From Dehalococcoidia bacterium (GTDB taxonomy: Bacteria > Chloroflexota > Dehalococcoidia > UBA2979), in NCBI GenBank assembly GCA_023228825.1, contig JALOAL010000001.1, forward strand, positions 43,381 to 107,380: a stretch of DNA of 64,000 nt. Reading direction: 5' to 3'. Numbering within the stretch: the stretch's first letter is position 1; every line of letters starts with the position of its first letter. Shown here one piece after another: positions 1 to 8,789 of the stretch. The notes beneath the pieces were generated by a model. It did no database searches. It was not told where the DNA came from and was given only the letters and a program-made list of their open reading frames with translations. Both the position numbers and the translations under genes were made by a program.

Positions 1-231
1 CTCATGGCCGGCTTCTCCGTCGTCCAGGACGCCTCGACCGGGCGGGCGTACGAGGCGGCTCGCGGGGTGGGGGTGGCGGTGCAGAAGCACATGCGCGAGG
101 AGAGCGGCGTCATCACTCGCATCGTGGGCGACAGCGTGCTCTTCGCACCGCCGCTCGTCATCGACGCGTCCGAAGTGGACCAGATCGTCGACGCTGCGGC
201 GAAGGCCGTGCGCGCAGTGACCGAGGGCTGA
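1..231 (+). CDS. C-terminal fragment of a class-III (omega/acetylornithine-type) PLP-dependent aminotransferase; 5' end lies outside the window
   Basis: The ORF is open from position 1 in frame 1. Its C-terminal sequence (VVQDASTGRAYEAARGVGVAVQKH...IVGDSVLFAPPLVIDASEVDQIVDA) is typical of aminotransferase class III tails. Confidence 0.55.
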   Translation, partial: LMAGFSVVQDASTGRAYEAARGVGVAVQKHMREESGVITRIVGDSVLFAPPLVIDASEVDQIVDAAAKAVRAVTEG

Positions 232-600
232 CGCGAGGCTGAGTGTGACATCGGAGCCGGCGCGACCGGCTCCGATGTCTCCTTCGTGGCCATCACGCTA
301 CGGGAGGAGCGGCCCCGCGGCCCGACTTTCCATGCCCGATCCAGTCGTCCGAGGCGCCTCGGTGCGAGGGGGGGATGGCCGGCCGGACGACGTAAGAGAA
401 ATGCTGAGGTTGGTGAGCGGGTGATTGACAAGCCATGATGCCGTCTCTAGCCTGTGCCGCAGGAAAGGGGGTGATGCTCGTGGCTGATGCCAGTCATAGT
501 CACATTTCGTTGATGGGGAAGGGCATCTTCAAGGAGGTGCTCGAAACCTAGCCCCCGATCGAGTGACTAACAGGAGAGGGAGCCGCTTGCGGCTCCCTCT

Positions 601-668
601 CTGCTTGTCTGGGCTTCTGCTCGTCTGGGCTTCTGCTCGTCTGGGCTTCTGCTCGTCTGGGCTTGCCC
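601..668. repeat. Tandem direct repeat of a 16-bp unit (gtctgggcttctgctc), about 4.2 copies, just upstream of birA
   Basis: Read directly: ctgctt-gtctgggcttctgctc x3, then gtctgggcttgcccc. Confidence 0.9.
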
Positions 669-684
669 CGCTTCCCATCCCTCG

Positions 685-1518
685 ATGTCAGGCCCGGCGA
701 TCGTTCGTCCCGAACCCGCTAGCCTCTCTCCCATGCCATTCGACCACGATCGCTACCAGGCCCTGCGCCGCAGCCAGACTGTCGGCGTGAAGGTCGCCCA
801 CCTCGAAGAGACCGGCTCCACCATGGACGACGCGCGCGCGGGCGCCGAGGCCGGGCGCGCGGCGGGCACCGCCTACGTGGCCGCCTCGCAGCGCGCGGGG
901 CGTGGCCGCATGGGGCGCTCGTGGGTGTCCGAGCCGGGCGCGGGGCTTTGGGTGACGTACCACCTCCGTGCGCGGCAGGGTGCCCCGCTGCTCTCCCTGG
1001 CGGGAGGCCTCGCCGTGGCGGAGGCGCTGGAGGTGGTGGCCGGCCTGCGCTGCGAACTGAAGTGGCCCAACGACGTGCAGCACGGCGGCCGCAAGATCTC
1101 CGGCGTGCTGGCGGAGGCGCGCCCCGCGGCGGACGGCGTCACGGACGTCTTCCTGGGCATCGGCATCAACCTGCGCACGCCCTCCGGCCTGCCGGAGGAC
1201 ATACTGGCGGCCGCCACCAGCGTGGAGCAGGAAGGCCGGCCCGCGCCCTCGCGGGAGGCGCTGCTCGCCGGACTGTCGAGCGCCCTCGAGGTGCGCGCGG
1301 GCCAGGCGGAGCGGGACTCGGCCGGGCTGGTGGCCGGCTGGCGCGCGCGCCTGAACACGCTGGGGCGCCGGGTGCGGCTCTCGCTGCCGGACGGCAGCGT
1401 GGTGGAGGGCGACGCCGTCGATATCACGGCGGACGGCGCGCTCGTGATCGAGGCGGACGGGGAGCGGCGCACGTTCACGGCCGGCGACGTGACCAACGCC
1501 CGTACGGTCGAGGCGTAG
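685..1518 (+). CDS. birA: Biotin--[acetyl-CoA-carboxylase] ligase, group I (no N-terminal HTH); alternative start at 733
   Basis: Carries the GRGRMGRSW biotin-ligase signature, a KWPNDV/GGRKISGVL core and a C-terminal SH3-like domain. Length is about 260-277 aa. Confidence 0.8.
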   Translation: MSGPAIVRPEPASLSPMPFDHDRYQALRRSQTVGVKVAHLEETGSTMDDARAGAEAGRAAGTAYVAASQRAGRGRMGRSWVSEPGAGLWVTYHLRARQGAPLLSLAGGLAVAEALEVVAGLRCELKWPNDVQHGGRKISGVLAEARPAADGVTDVFLGIGINLRTPSGLPEDILAAATSVEQEGRPAPSREALLAGLSSALEVRAGQAERDSAGLVAGWRARLNTLGRRVRLSLPDGSVVEGDAVDITADGALVIEADGERRTFTAGDVTNARTVEA

Positions 1519-1597
1519 GCGCGGCCCCGAGGCGCCGTCTCGGGGCCCCGGCGTACTGCTTGATCGTGCGGAGGGCGCTCCGTAGTCTCAGAGCACG

Positions 1598-1687
1598 ATG
1601 GAACGGAACGCACACGCGGCGCAGGCTCATCTGCACGGGCATGGTCATCACCATGTCACGCCGTCGCGCGCGTTCTTGCTCGCCTAG
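1598..1687 (+). promoter_or_regulatory. His-rich leader peptide ORF (MERNAHAAQAHLHGHGHHHVTPSRAFLLA*) upstream of the his operon; putative attenuation leader
   Basis: A 29-codon ORF has 7 His codons within a 9-codon run (cat ctg cac ggg cat ggt cat cac cat). It is followed by a roughly 220-nt GC-rich leader before hisZ. A 9-bp stem hairpin (ggccccgag...ctcggggcc, 1521-1548) sits just after the birA stop. Confidence 0.55.
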
Positions 1688-1906
1688 CCCGTTCCGTCCC
1701 GTTTCAGTCCAGGGACACCCACGGCACCAGCAAGCATGATCGCCGCGGCGGCCAGAGGCCTCGCGGCGTCCCGGCGTGTCCGGCGTCTCGTGAGGTTGTC
1801 GCGCAGTGGCGAAACCGCGAAGGGACGTATGATGCCAGCCAGCCCAACCGCACCCGGGACCAGCCCAGCCGGGCCCTCGGTCGACACGTCACCCCAGGAG
1901 GACGCC

Positions 1907-2890
1907 ATGCCGGACCGCGGCCTGCGAAGTCACGGAATGCGCGACCTGGGTCCGGCCGACATGGCCGAGTTCCGCCGCGTGGAGCGCGCCTTCCTCGATG
2001 TGACGGCAGTCGCCGGCTTCCGCGAGGTGCGCACGCCGGCGATTGAGCCCCTGCACCTGTACAGCGCGTCCGGCACGCTCTCGCCGCAGGCCCTGGATCG
2101 CGTCTACTCGTTCCTGGACTGGGACGGCTGGAGCGGCGAGCGCGTGGTGTTGCGGCCGGACACCACGGTGGCCGTGGCCCGCTGGTATGGCGACCTGCGC
2201 GATCCCGGCGTGGAGCGCGTCTCCTACGCGCAGCCGGTCTTCCGCTTCGCCGCAGAGGGCGACCGCGAGGTCTGGCAGTTCGGCGTCGAACTCTTCGGCG
2301 CCGCCTCGGACGTCGCGGACGCGGAGTTGCTGACGCTGGCGCAGGCGTTCCTGGACGCGCTGGGGCTGGCGGACGTGACGTGCGAAGTGGCCCACGCCGG
2401 GCTGGCGCGCGCCGCCTTCGCCGCCGCCGGGCTCAGCACGCGCGAGCAACTGGCCGCCTACGACCGCATGCTGGAGGGCGACGCGAGCGTCACGGCGGAA
2501 CTGGCTGCCACGCACCCAGAGGCGGCGGCCGCGATCCGTCTGCTGGCGGAGATCGACGGGTCCTCCGCGGGCTACATCGCCAACCTGCGCGCGGCCATGC
2601 CGGCGGTGATCGGTGGTGCGGAGCCGGCGCTGGACGACCTGGACCGCGCCGTCCGCGCCCTGGACGAGGCCGGCGTGCCGTATCGCATCCTGAGCGGCAC
2701 GGCCCGCAACTTCGAGTACTACACGGGAGTGACCTTCCGCTTCCTCTCTGGCGGCCAGACGGTGCTGGTGGGCGGACGCTACGACCGCCTGTCCGAGACC
2801 CTGGGCGGACCGGACGCGCCTGGCTGTGGCTGGGCGGCCAATGCCCTCACGCTGGTGCAGGCCTCCGCGGCGGATCGAGACGCCTCGTGA
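1907..2890 (+). CDS. hisZ: ATP phosphoribosyltransferase regulatory subunit HisZ (histidyl-tRNA synthetase paralogue)
   Basis: Class-II aaRS-like core (FREVRTPAIEPLHLY...RYDRL) without an anticodon-binding domain. It lies immediately upstream of hisG with a 4-nt GTGA overlap. Start chosen at the in-frame ATG 1907. Confidence 0.75.
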   Translation: MPDRGLRSHGMRDLGPADMAEFRRVERAFLDVTAVAGFREVRTPAIEPLHLYSASGTLSPQALDRVYSFLDWDGWSGERVVLRPDTTVAVARWYGDLRDPGVERVSYAQPVFRFAAEGDREVWQFGVELFGAASDVADAELLTLAQAFLDALGLADVTCEVAHAGLARAAFAAAGLSTREQLAAYDRMLEGDASVTAELAATHPEAAAAIRLLAEIDGSSAGYIANLRAAMPAVIGGAEPALDDLDRAVRALDEAGVPYRILSGTARNFEYYTGVTFRFLSGGQTVLVGGRYDRLSETLGGPDAPGCGWAANALTLVQASAADRDAS

Positions 2891-4317
2891 GTGCGGGGGG
2901 CTCGGCATCGCCGGTGCGCGTGGCGCTACCTCGGGGCGACCTGCGCGGCCCGGTGGACGCGCACCTGCGCGACGTGGACTTCGTGGTGGAGGGCTACGGT
3001 TCTGGCGCTCGCACCTACCGCTTCGAGGTGGAGCGCCGCCCGGGCATCGCCGTGCGCGTGTTCTCGGACCAGGACATCCCCATCCAGGTGGCGCTGGGCC
3101 ACTACGACCTCGGCATTGCCAGCCGCACCTGGATCGACGAACTGCTGGTGAAGCACCACCTGGACTCCGTGGTGCCGCTGCGCCAGATCGACGTGGCTGG
3201 CGAGGACCTGGTGGCGGCCGGCGCGCCGGGGACCACGCTGGCGGAGGTCGCCTCGGCCGGCGCGGTGCGCGTGGCCACGGAGTACCCCAACCTGGCGCAG
3301 CACTACTTGGCCCACGCCCGCGTCCCGGACTACCGCCTGTTCGAGGTCTGGGCGCAGGCGGAGGCGTGGCCTCCGCAGGACGCGGAAATGGCAGTGGCCA
3401 CCCGTCGCGCCGCAGACAAAGAAGGCCTGGAGGTCTACGGCGAGGTCCACCGCGGCGGCGTCTGGCTGATCGCCAACCGCGAGGCGCTGGCCCGGCGCGA
3501 CCTGTCGGCGGCGCTCGAGCCGTTGTTGCGCATCCCGCTGGCGCCGGAGGCGGGCGGCCTGGTGGCGCCGCCGCCGCTGGAGGCCGCCACGCGACGCCTG
3601 GCGTCGCCCCCGCCGGAGCGCGAGGTGTTCCGCATCGCCGTGCCGGACGGCCACGCACAGCGGCACACTGTGGCTGCGCTGGCGGATGCCGGCATCTCCT
3701 TCCCCGGCTACGCGGAGGACTCCGCGCAGCGTTACCCGGACTCCGGCCTGGACGACGTGCAGGTGAAGGTGATGCGGCCGCAGGACATGCCGCGTGCGGT
3801 CGCCCTCGGACAGATCGACCTGGCATTGACGGGGCGGGACTGGCTGCGGGCGTTCCTGGCCACGTTCCCGGCCGCGCCGGTGGTGGAGTTGTGCGACCTG
3901 AAGCGCTCCAAGTACCTGCTGGGCGCCGTGGTGACGGAGGACCTCCCGGTCGCCACGATCGACGAGGCGGTGGCTTACTGGCGGCGCGACGACCCGGAGT
4001 ATCCGATCCGGGTGGCGTCTGAGTACGTGTCGCTGGCGGACGAGTACGCCCGCTCCCGGCACCTGGGGAAGTACCGCGTAATCCCCATCTCCGGCGCGTC
4101 CGAGGGCTTTGTCCCGGAGGACGCGGAGATCTTGATCGAGGGCACGGAGACGGGCACCACGCTACGGGCCAACCGGCTGACTATGATCGATGTGATCATG
4201 GAGTCCACCAACTGCGCCATTGGCGCGGCCACCAGGCCTGCGGGCCGGCGTGGCGACCTGCGCGACGACTTTGTCGCGCGCATGGCGACTGCGGCGGCCG
4301 CAACCACGGCCGGCTAG
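2887..4317 (+). CDS. hisG: ATP phosphoribosyltransferase, unusual tandem form: a degenerate N-terminal HisG-like domain plus a complete short-form HisG catalytic domain
   Basis: The N-terminal half has VRVALPRGDL, VFSDQDIPIQVALGHYDLGIASRTW and VATEYPNL. The C-terminal half has FRIAVPDGH, VMRPQDMPRAVALGQIDLALTGRDW, IRVASEYVSLADEY and ILIEGTETGTTLRANRL, the PRPP-binding region. GTG start overlaps the hisZ stop. Confidence 0.75.
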   Translation: MSAGGSASPVRVALPRGDLRGPVDAHLRDVDFVVEGYGSGARTYRFEVERRPGIAVRVFSDQDIPIQVALGHYDLGIASRTWIDELLVKHHLDSVVPLRQIDVAGEDLVAAGAPGTTLAEVASAGAVRVATEYPNLAQHYLAHARVPDYRLFEVWAQAEAWPPQDAEMAVATRRAADKEGLEVYGEVHRGGVWLIANREALARRDLSAALEPLLRIPLAPEAGGLVAPPPLEAATRRLASPPPEREVFRIAVPDGHAQRHTVAALADAGISFPGYAEDSAQRYPDSGLDDVQVKVMRPQDMPRAVALGQIDLALTGRDWLRAFLATFPAAPVVELCDLKRSKYLLGAVVTEDLPVATIDEAVAYWRRDDPEYPIRVASEYVSLADEYARSRHLGKYRVIPISGASEGFVPEDAEILIEGTETGTTLRANRLTMIDVIMESTNCAIGAATRPAGRRGDLRDDFVARMATAAAATTAG

Positions 4318-4354
4318 GCGCGGACGCGGGAAGGCGAGGGCAAGGGACGCGGGC

Positions 4355-5104
4355 ATGCCATCGCTGGGATCGCACCTCAAGCGAGCGCGAATCGTCGCGG
4401 ACCGCCTCGACCTCCCGGAGATCGAGGCGGACCGGGGTGCGTTCTACCTGGGGGCGACGGCGCCGGACATCCGCGTGATCACCCGGCTTGACCGGGAGGT
4501 GACGCACTTCTTCCGCCTGTCCGAACTGGGCGCGCAGGATTCGGTGGCACGCATGTTCCGGGAGCACCCCGGCCTGCAGGCCCCGTCCGGGCTGGACGCG
4601 GCCACCACCGCGTTCGTGGCCGGGTATCTGACGCACCTGGTGCTAGACGAGTCGTTCATCGGCGAGATCTATCGCCCGCACTTCGGGGCGTTCTCCGACA
4701 GGGATGGCGATCCCAAGGCGAACGTCCTGGACCGCGCGCTGCAGTACGAGTTGGACCGCCGCGACCGTGAGGACAGCGGCATGATGGAGGAGATCCGGGC
4801 GGCCATTGCCCGGACGGCGCCCGTGCAGGGCATCCCGTTCATCCAGGACCAGCACCTGGTGGAATGGGCCATCGTCTCGGAGGACGTGGCGGCGCAGCCG
4901 GCGGACTACAGCCGCTTCCGCCGCATGATGATGCGGCACCTCCAGACGGCCGGGTACGACGAAGCAACCATCGAACGCGAGTGCGAGGCCCCCACGGACC
5001 TTGTGCAGGAGGCGTTCGCGATCGTCTCGGAGGAGCGCATCAATCGCTTCTGGCGAGACGCGCAAGACCAGATGACCGAACGCGTGAGGGGCTACCTCCG
5101 ATGA
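4355..5104 (+). CDS. Uncharacterised protein embedded in the his operon; weak resemblance to the zinc-dependent phospholipase C-like family
   Basis: Its stop overlaps the hisD start (ATGA at 5101-5104). Motifs GSHLKRARIVADRL, FYLGATAPDI and THFF resemble N-terminal motifs of bacterial PLC_Zn-like hypothetical proteins. Confidence 0.4.
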   Translation: MPSLGSHLKRARIVADRLDLPEIEADRGAFYLGATAPDIRVITRLDREVTHFFRLSELGAQDSVARMFREHPGLQAPSGLDAATTAFVAGYLTHLVLDESFIGEIYRPHFGAFSDRDGDPKANVLDRALQYELDRRDREDSGMMEEIRAAIARTAPVQGIPFIQDQHLVEWAIVSEDVAAQPADYSRFRRMMMRHLQTAGYDEATIERECEAPTDLVQEAFAIVSEERINRFWRDAQDQMTERVRGYLR

Positions 5105-6453
5105 CAACTACATCCCCGACCACGGGCGCACTCCGCATTGTGGAGGACGTCCAGCAGGCACGGGAGACCGTGCTGAAGCGTGAGCCCGTGGCGGACCCGG
5201 TGCTGCCGGACGCGCTCCAGCAGTCCATCAACGACCTGTGGGGCGAGCCGGTCTCCCCGGCCGACCACGTGCGACGCATCATCGAGGCCGTCCGCACCGA
5301 GGGCGATGCCGCAGTGAAGCGCTTCTCCGAGCAGTTCGACGGGTCGTCGTACACCTCGATCGAGGTGCCGCCGGAGGAGATCGCGGCGGCGTTCGAGCAG
5401 GTGACGCAGGAGCAGCACGACGCCATCGCCTTCGCGGTGTGGCGGGTGCGGCGATACCACGAGATGCAGATGGAGCACGCGCCCACGTCGTTCAAGACGC
5501 GCGGCGCCGGGATGATGGTGCGCCCGCTGAAGATCGCCGGCGTCTACATGACTGGCGCGGATGCGGCGCTGCCCTCGTCCGTGGTGCACACGGCGGTGCC
5601 CGGCAAGGTAGCCGGCGTGGACGACATCATCGGCGTGACATCCGCACGCGCGGACGGCAGCGTGAACCCGCTCAAGATCGTGGCGGCACGCCTCTCCGGT
5701 ATCGAGCGCATCTTCCGCGCCTCCGGGGCGCAGGGGCTCGCGGCGCTGGCGTACGGCACCGAGTCGATCCCGCGCGTGGACAAGATCTTCGGGCCCGGCG
5801 GCGTTTTCGTGACGCTGGCCAAGCAGCAGTTGTTCGGCAAGGTGGGCATCGACGCGCTCTACGGCCCCACGGAGACGCTGGTGCTGGCGGACGATAGCGC
5901 CTCGCCAGACCTCGCCGCTGCGGACCTGCTGGCACAGGCCGAGCACGACGTGCTCGCCACGCCGGTGCTGATCACGCTCTCCCGAGGCATGGCGGAGGCG
6001 ATCGCGGAGCAGGTGGACCTGCAACTGCCCGTGCTAGAGCGTGAGTCCATCGCGCGCGCGGCTATCGCCCGCGGCGGCGCGGTGGTGGCCGCGGACCTGG
6101 ACCAGGCGCTGGAACTGGCCAACGAGTTCGCGCCGGAGCACCTCTGTCTGCTGGTGCAGGACGGTGAGTCGCTGTTGCCTCGGATCCGCTCCGCCGGCGG
6201 GGTGTTCGTGGGCGAGTCGTCTCCGGAGGTACTGGGGGACTACACGGCCGGCCCCAGCCACGTCATGCCCACGGGCGGGTCCGCCCGCTTTGCCTCGCCG
6301 TTGTCGGTGCTGGACTTCCTGCGCGTGATGTCCGTGGTGCACCTGGACGAAGAGGACGTGCAGCGCCTAGGCCCGTTCGCCGCCGACCTGGCGCGGGCGG
6401 AGGGCCTGACCGCGCACGCGCACAGCATTGAGCGACGGCTGGAGGGCCGCTGA
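5101..6453 (+). CDS. hisD: Histidinol dehydrogenase
   Basis: Full-length HisD-like sequence (VEDVQQARETV..., GPGGVFVTLAKQQLFGKVGIDALYGPTE, AEHDV, HLDEEDV). Sits in his-operon context. Confidence 0.9.
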   Translation: MTTTSPTTGALRIVEDVQQARETVLKREPVADPVLPDALQQSINDLWGEPVSPADHVRRIIEAVRTEGDAAVKRFSEQFDGSSYTSIEVPPEEIAAAFEQVTQEQHDAIAFAVWRVRRYHEMQMEHAPTSFKTRGAGMMVRPLKIAGVYMTGADAALPSSVVHTAVPGKVAGVDDIIGVTSARADGSVNPLKIVAARLSGIERIFRASGAQGLAALAYGTESIPRVDKIFGPGGVFVTLAKQQLFGKVGIDALYGPTETLVLADDSASPDLAAADLLAQAEHDVLATPVLITLSRGMAEAIAEQVDLQLPVLERESIARAAIARGGAVVAADLDQALELANEFAPEHLCLLVQDGESLLPRIRSAGGVFVGESSPEVLGDYTAGPSHVMPTGGSARFASPLSVLDFLRVMSVVHLDEEDVQRLGPFAADLARAEGLTAHAHSIERRLEGR

Positions 6454-6455
6454 GG

Positions 6456-7580
6456 ATGGCGACGTTCAACCCGCGAGAGGCGCTCCGCCGTTCGCTGCAG
6501 ATGCTCCCGGAGTACGCCGCGCTGGAAGACCCCGCGGCGGTCGCCGCGCAGTTCGGCCTGGACCTGGCCCGCGTGGTGAAGGTGGACGGCAACGAGAACC
6601 CGTACGGCCCCTCCCCCCGGGCGCTGGAGGCCCTCCGCGCGGTCGAGTACGAGCCGAACCGCTACGGCGACGCGGACCAGAAGGCGCTGCGCGCGGCCAT
6701 CGGGCGGTACCTGGACGTGCCACCGGAGGCCGTGGTCTGCGGCGCCGGCTCGGACGAAGTGATCGAGTTGATCTTCCGCCTCTTCATGGAGGAGGGCGAC
6801 CGCATCGTGACGTCGTCGCCGACGTTCGGGATGTACGCGTTCAATGCGCAGGTCGCCGGGGCGGAGGTGGTGGACGTGCCGCTGCTGGAACAGTGGGCCT
6901 TCGACACCGAGGGCCTGGTGGACGCGGCGTTGCAGGCGAAGGCCACCTTCCTGCCCAGCCCCAACAACCCCACGGGTAACCCCGTGCCGGTGGGCGTGGT
7001 AGACGCGTTGCTGGAGACCGGCAACATGCTCGTGCTGGACGAGGCGTACATCGAGTTCTCGGACGCGCCCTCGCTGGCCAAGCGGGCGGCGGAGACACCG
7101 GGGCTCGTGGTGCTGCGCACGTTCTCCAAGTGGGGCGGCCTGGCGGGACTGCGCATCGGCTATGCGGTGCTGCACCCAGAGACGGCCGCCATCCTGATGC
7201 AGGCGAAAGACCCGTACAACCTCAACGCCGCCGCAGAGGCCGCCGCCCTCGCGTCGCTGGAGGACGTCGCCGTCCTGGACGAGCGGGCGTGCCTGCTGGC
7301 GGCGGAGCGCGAGCGCGTGTCGGAGGCGCTCGCGGGCCTGGGGTGGGTGCACCCGTACCCGTCGCAGGCGGTCTTCCTGCTGATGCGGCTGGACGGCCGC
7401 AGCGGGCGCGCGGTGCGAGACGGGCTGAGGCGCCGCGGCATCTTCGCCCGCTACATCGACCACCCGCGTCTCCAGGACCATATCCGCATCTCGATGGGAC
7501 TACCGGAACAGAACGACCTGATCATCCAGGCGTTCACTGACATTGGCCGTAAGATTGGTGAGGAGACTGCGAATGCCTGA
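6456..7580 (+). CDS. hisC: Histidinol-phosphate aminotransferase
   Basis: Class-II aminotransferase fold (KVDGNENPYGPSP, TFSKWGGLAGLRIGY), located between hisD and hisB. Confidence 0.9.
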   Translation: MATFNPREALRRSLQMLPEYAALEDPAAVAAQFGLDLARVVKVDGNENPYGPSPRALEALRAVEYEPNRYGDADQKALRAAIGRYLDVPPEAVVCGAGSDEVIELIFRLFMEEGDRIVTSSPTFGMYAFNAQVAGAEVVDVPLLEQWAFDTEGLVDAALQAKATFLPSPNNPTGNPVPVGVVDALLETGNMLVLDEAYIEFSDAPSLAKRAAETPGLVVLRTFSKWGGLAGLRIGYAVLHPETAAILMQAKDPYNLNAAAEAAALASLEDVAVLDERACLLAAERERVSEALAGLGWVHPYPSQAVFLLMRLDGRSGRAVRDGLRRRGIFARYIDHPRLQDHIRISMGLPEQNDLIIQAFTDIGRKIGEETANA

Positions 7581-8187
7581 CCTGGTGCAGCGCCAGCGCC
7601 GCGCGACCGTGGAGCGCAACACGGCGGAGACGCAGGTGCGTGCCTCCGTGGACCTGGACGGGACGGGCGTGGCGAACGTCTCGACCGGCCTCGGGTTTTA
7701 CGACCACATGCTGAACGCCTTCGCCCGCCACGGGCGCTTCGACCTGGATGTGCAGGCCACGGGCGACCTCCACATCGACGCGCACCACACCATGGAGGAC
7801 GTCGCGCTGTCCCTCGGCCAGGCGTTTGACGAGGCGCTCGGGGGCCGCGAGGGCATCGTGCGCATGGCAGACGCCGTGGTCCCGCTGGACGAGGCGCTGG
7901 TGCAGTGCGTGATCGACATCTCCGGCCGGCCCTTCGCCGCGACCTCCATGGAGTTCGGCGGCGAGCGCATTGGCGAGGTGCCCACGGAGATGGTGTCCCA
8001 CGTCCTGCGCTCCTTTGCCACCACCGCAAAGATCACGCTGCACGTCCGCCAACTGGCGGGAGCGAACGACCACCACATCGCGGAGGCGACCATGAAGGCC
8101 CTGGGCCGCGCCATGGACGCCGCGACCGCCTTCGACCCGCGGATTGCGGGCCAGGTGCCGTCCACCAAGGAAACACTGACGACTTAG
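7573..8187 (+). CDS. hisB: Imidazoleglycerol-phosphate dehydratase
   Basis: Carries ERNTAETQV, GFYDHML and DAHHTMEDVA motifs. The ATG at 7573 overlaps the hisC stop. Confidence 0.9.
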   Translation: MPDLVQRQRRATVERNTAETQVRASVDLDGTGVANVSTGLGFYDHMLNAFARHGRFDLDVQATGDLHIDAHHTMEDVALSLGQAFDEALGGREGIVRMADAVVPLDEALVQCVIDISGRPFAATSMEFGGERIGEVPTEMVSHVLRSFATTAKITLHVRQLAGANDHHIAEATMKALGRAMDAATAFDPRIAGQVPSTKETLTT

Positions 8188-8347
8188 GCGGCACGCAGGA
8201 TCACCCGTCCCCCCGTCCGGTGTTCCTGCCAACAACATTGTCCGAGACGAACACTGTCCAGAACGCCCTGTTCCCCTTCCCCGTTCCTCCTGCGCCTGTC
8301 GAAGGACGAACGGGGACGGGAGCCCGGACGCAGACCCGGAGGCTGAG

Positions 8348-8764
8348 ATGACGTCCACGAACGCCCTGGAAGAGGGCACCGCCCTCACGCTGGACTTCCA
8401 GAAACTGGCCAAGGCCGCTGCCTCCTCGGACGTGCTGCCGTGCGCCGTGCAGCACGCCGACACCGGCGAGGTCATCCTTGTCGCGTACGTCAACGACGAG
8501 GCGTTACGGGTGGCCCGGGAGACGCGGAGCGCGGTGTTCTGGAGCACCTCCCGCAACGAACTCTGGGAGAAGGGCAAGACCTCCGGCGAGACGTTCGACC
8601 TGCTGGAGGTGCGGGTGAACTGCGAGCAAAACTCGCTCGTCTACATCGTGCGGCCTCAACGCGGGGGGATCTGCCACACGAAGAACGCCCAGGGCGAGCC
8701 CCGCAACTGCTACTACCGGCGGCTCAACCTGGAGACCGGCGAACTCGAGAACCTCGACCCGTAG
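8348..8764 (+). CDS. hisI: Phosphoribosyl-AMP cyclohydrolase
   Basis: LLPCAVQHADTGEVILVAYVNDEAL and the WSTSRNELWEKG...C..C...C zinc site are typical of HisI. Confidence 0.85.
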   Translation: MTSTNALEEGTALTLDFQKLAKAAASSDVLPCAVQHADTGEVILVAYVNDEALRVARETRSAVFWSTSRNELWEKGKTSGETFDLLEVRVNCEQNSLVYIVRPQRGGICHTKNAQGEPRNCYYRRLNLETGELENLDP

Positions 8765-8789
8765 GCCAGTGCATCGAGAGCGAGCATCC

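Noticed and set aside
1889-3826. 645-aa minus-strand ORF antisense to hisZ/hisG, and a similar 398-aa plus-strand ORF at 2826-4022
   Set aside because: They are Arg/Pro/Gly/Ala-rich low-complexity translations typical of spurious ORFs in about 70% GC DNA. They overlap genes with clear HisZ/HisG homology in another frame.
5092-7481. Long antisense ORFs (5092-6024, 6240-7481, minus strand) over hisD/hisC
   Set aside because: They have no recognisable motifs and biased RPGA composition. The sense-strand genes are unambiguous.
8277-8325. Inverted repeat CCCCGTTC...GAACGGGG between hisB and hisI
   Set aside because: The stem is separated by a roughly 24-nt loop and lacks a U-tract. It could be a weak structure or an internal promoter element, but the evidence is too thin to call.
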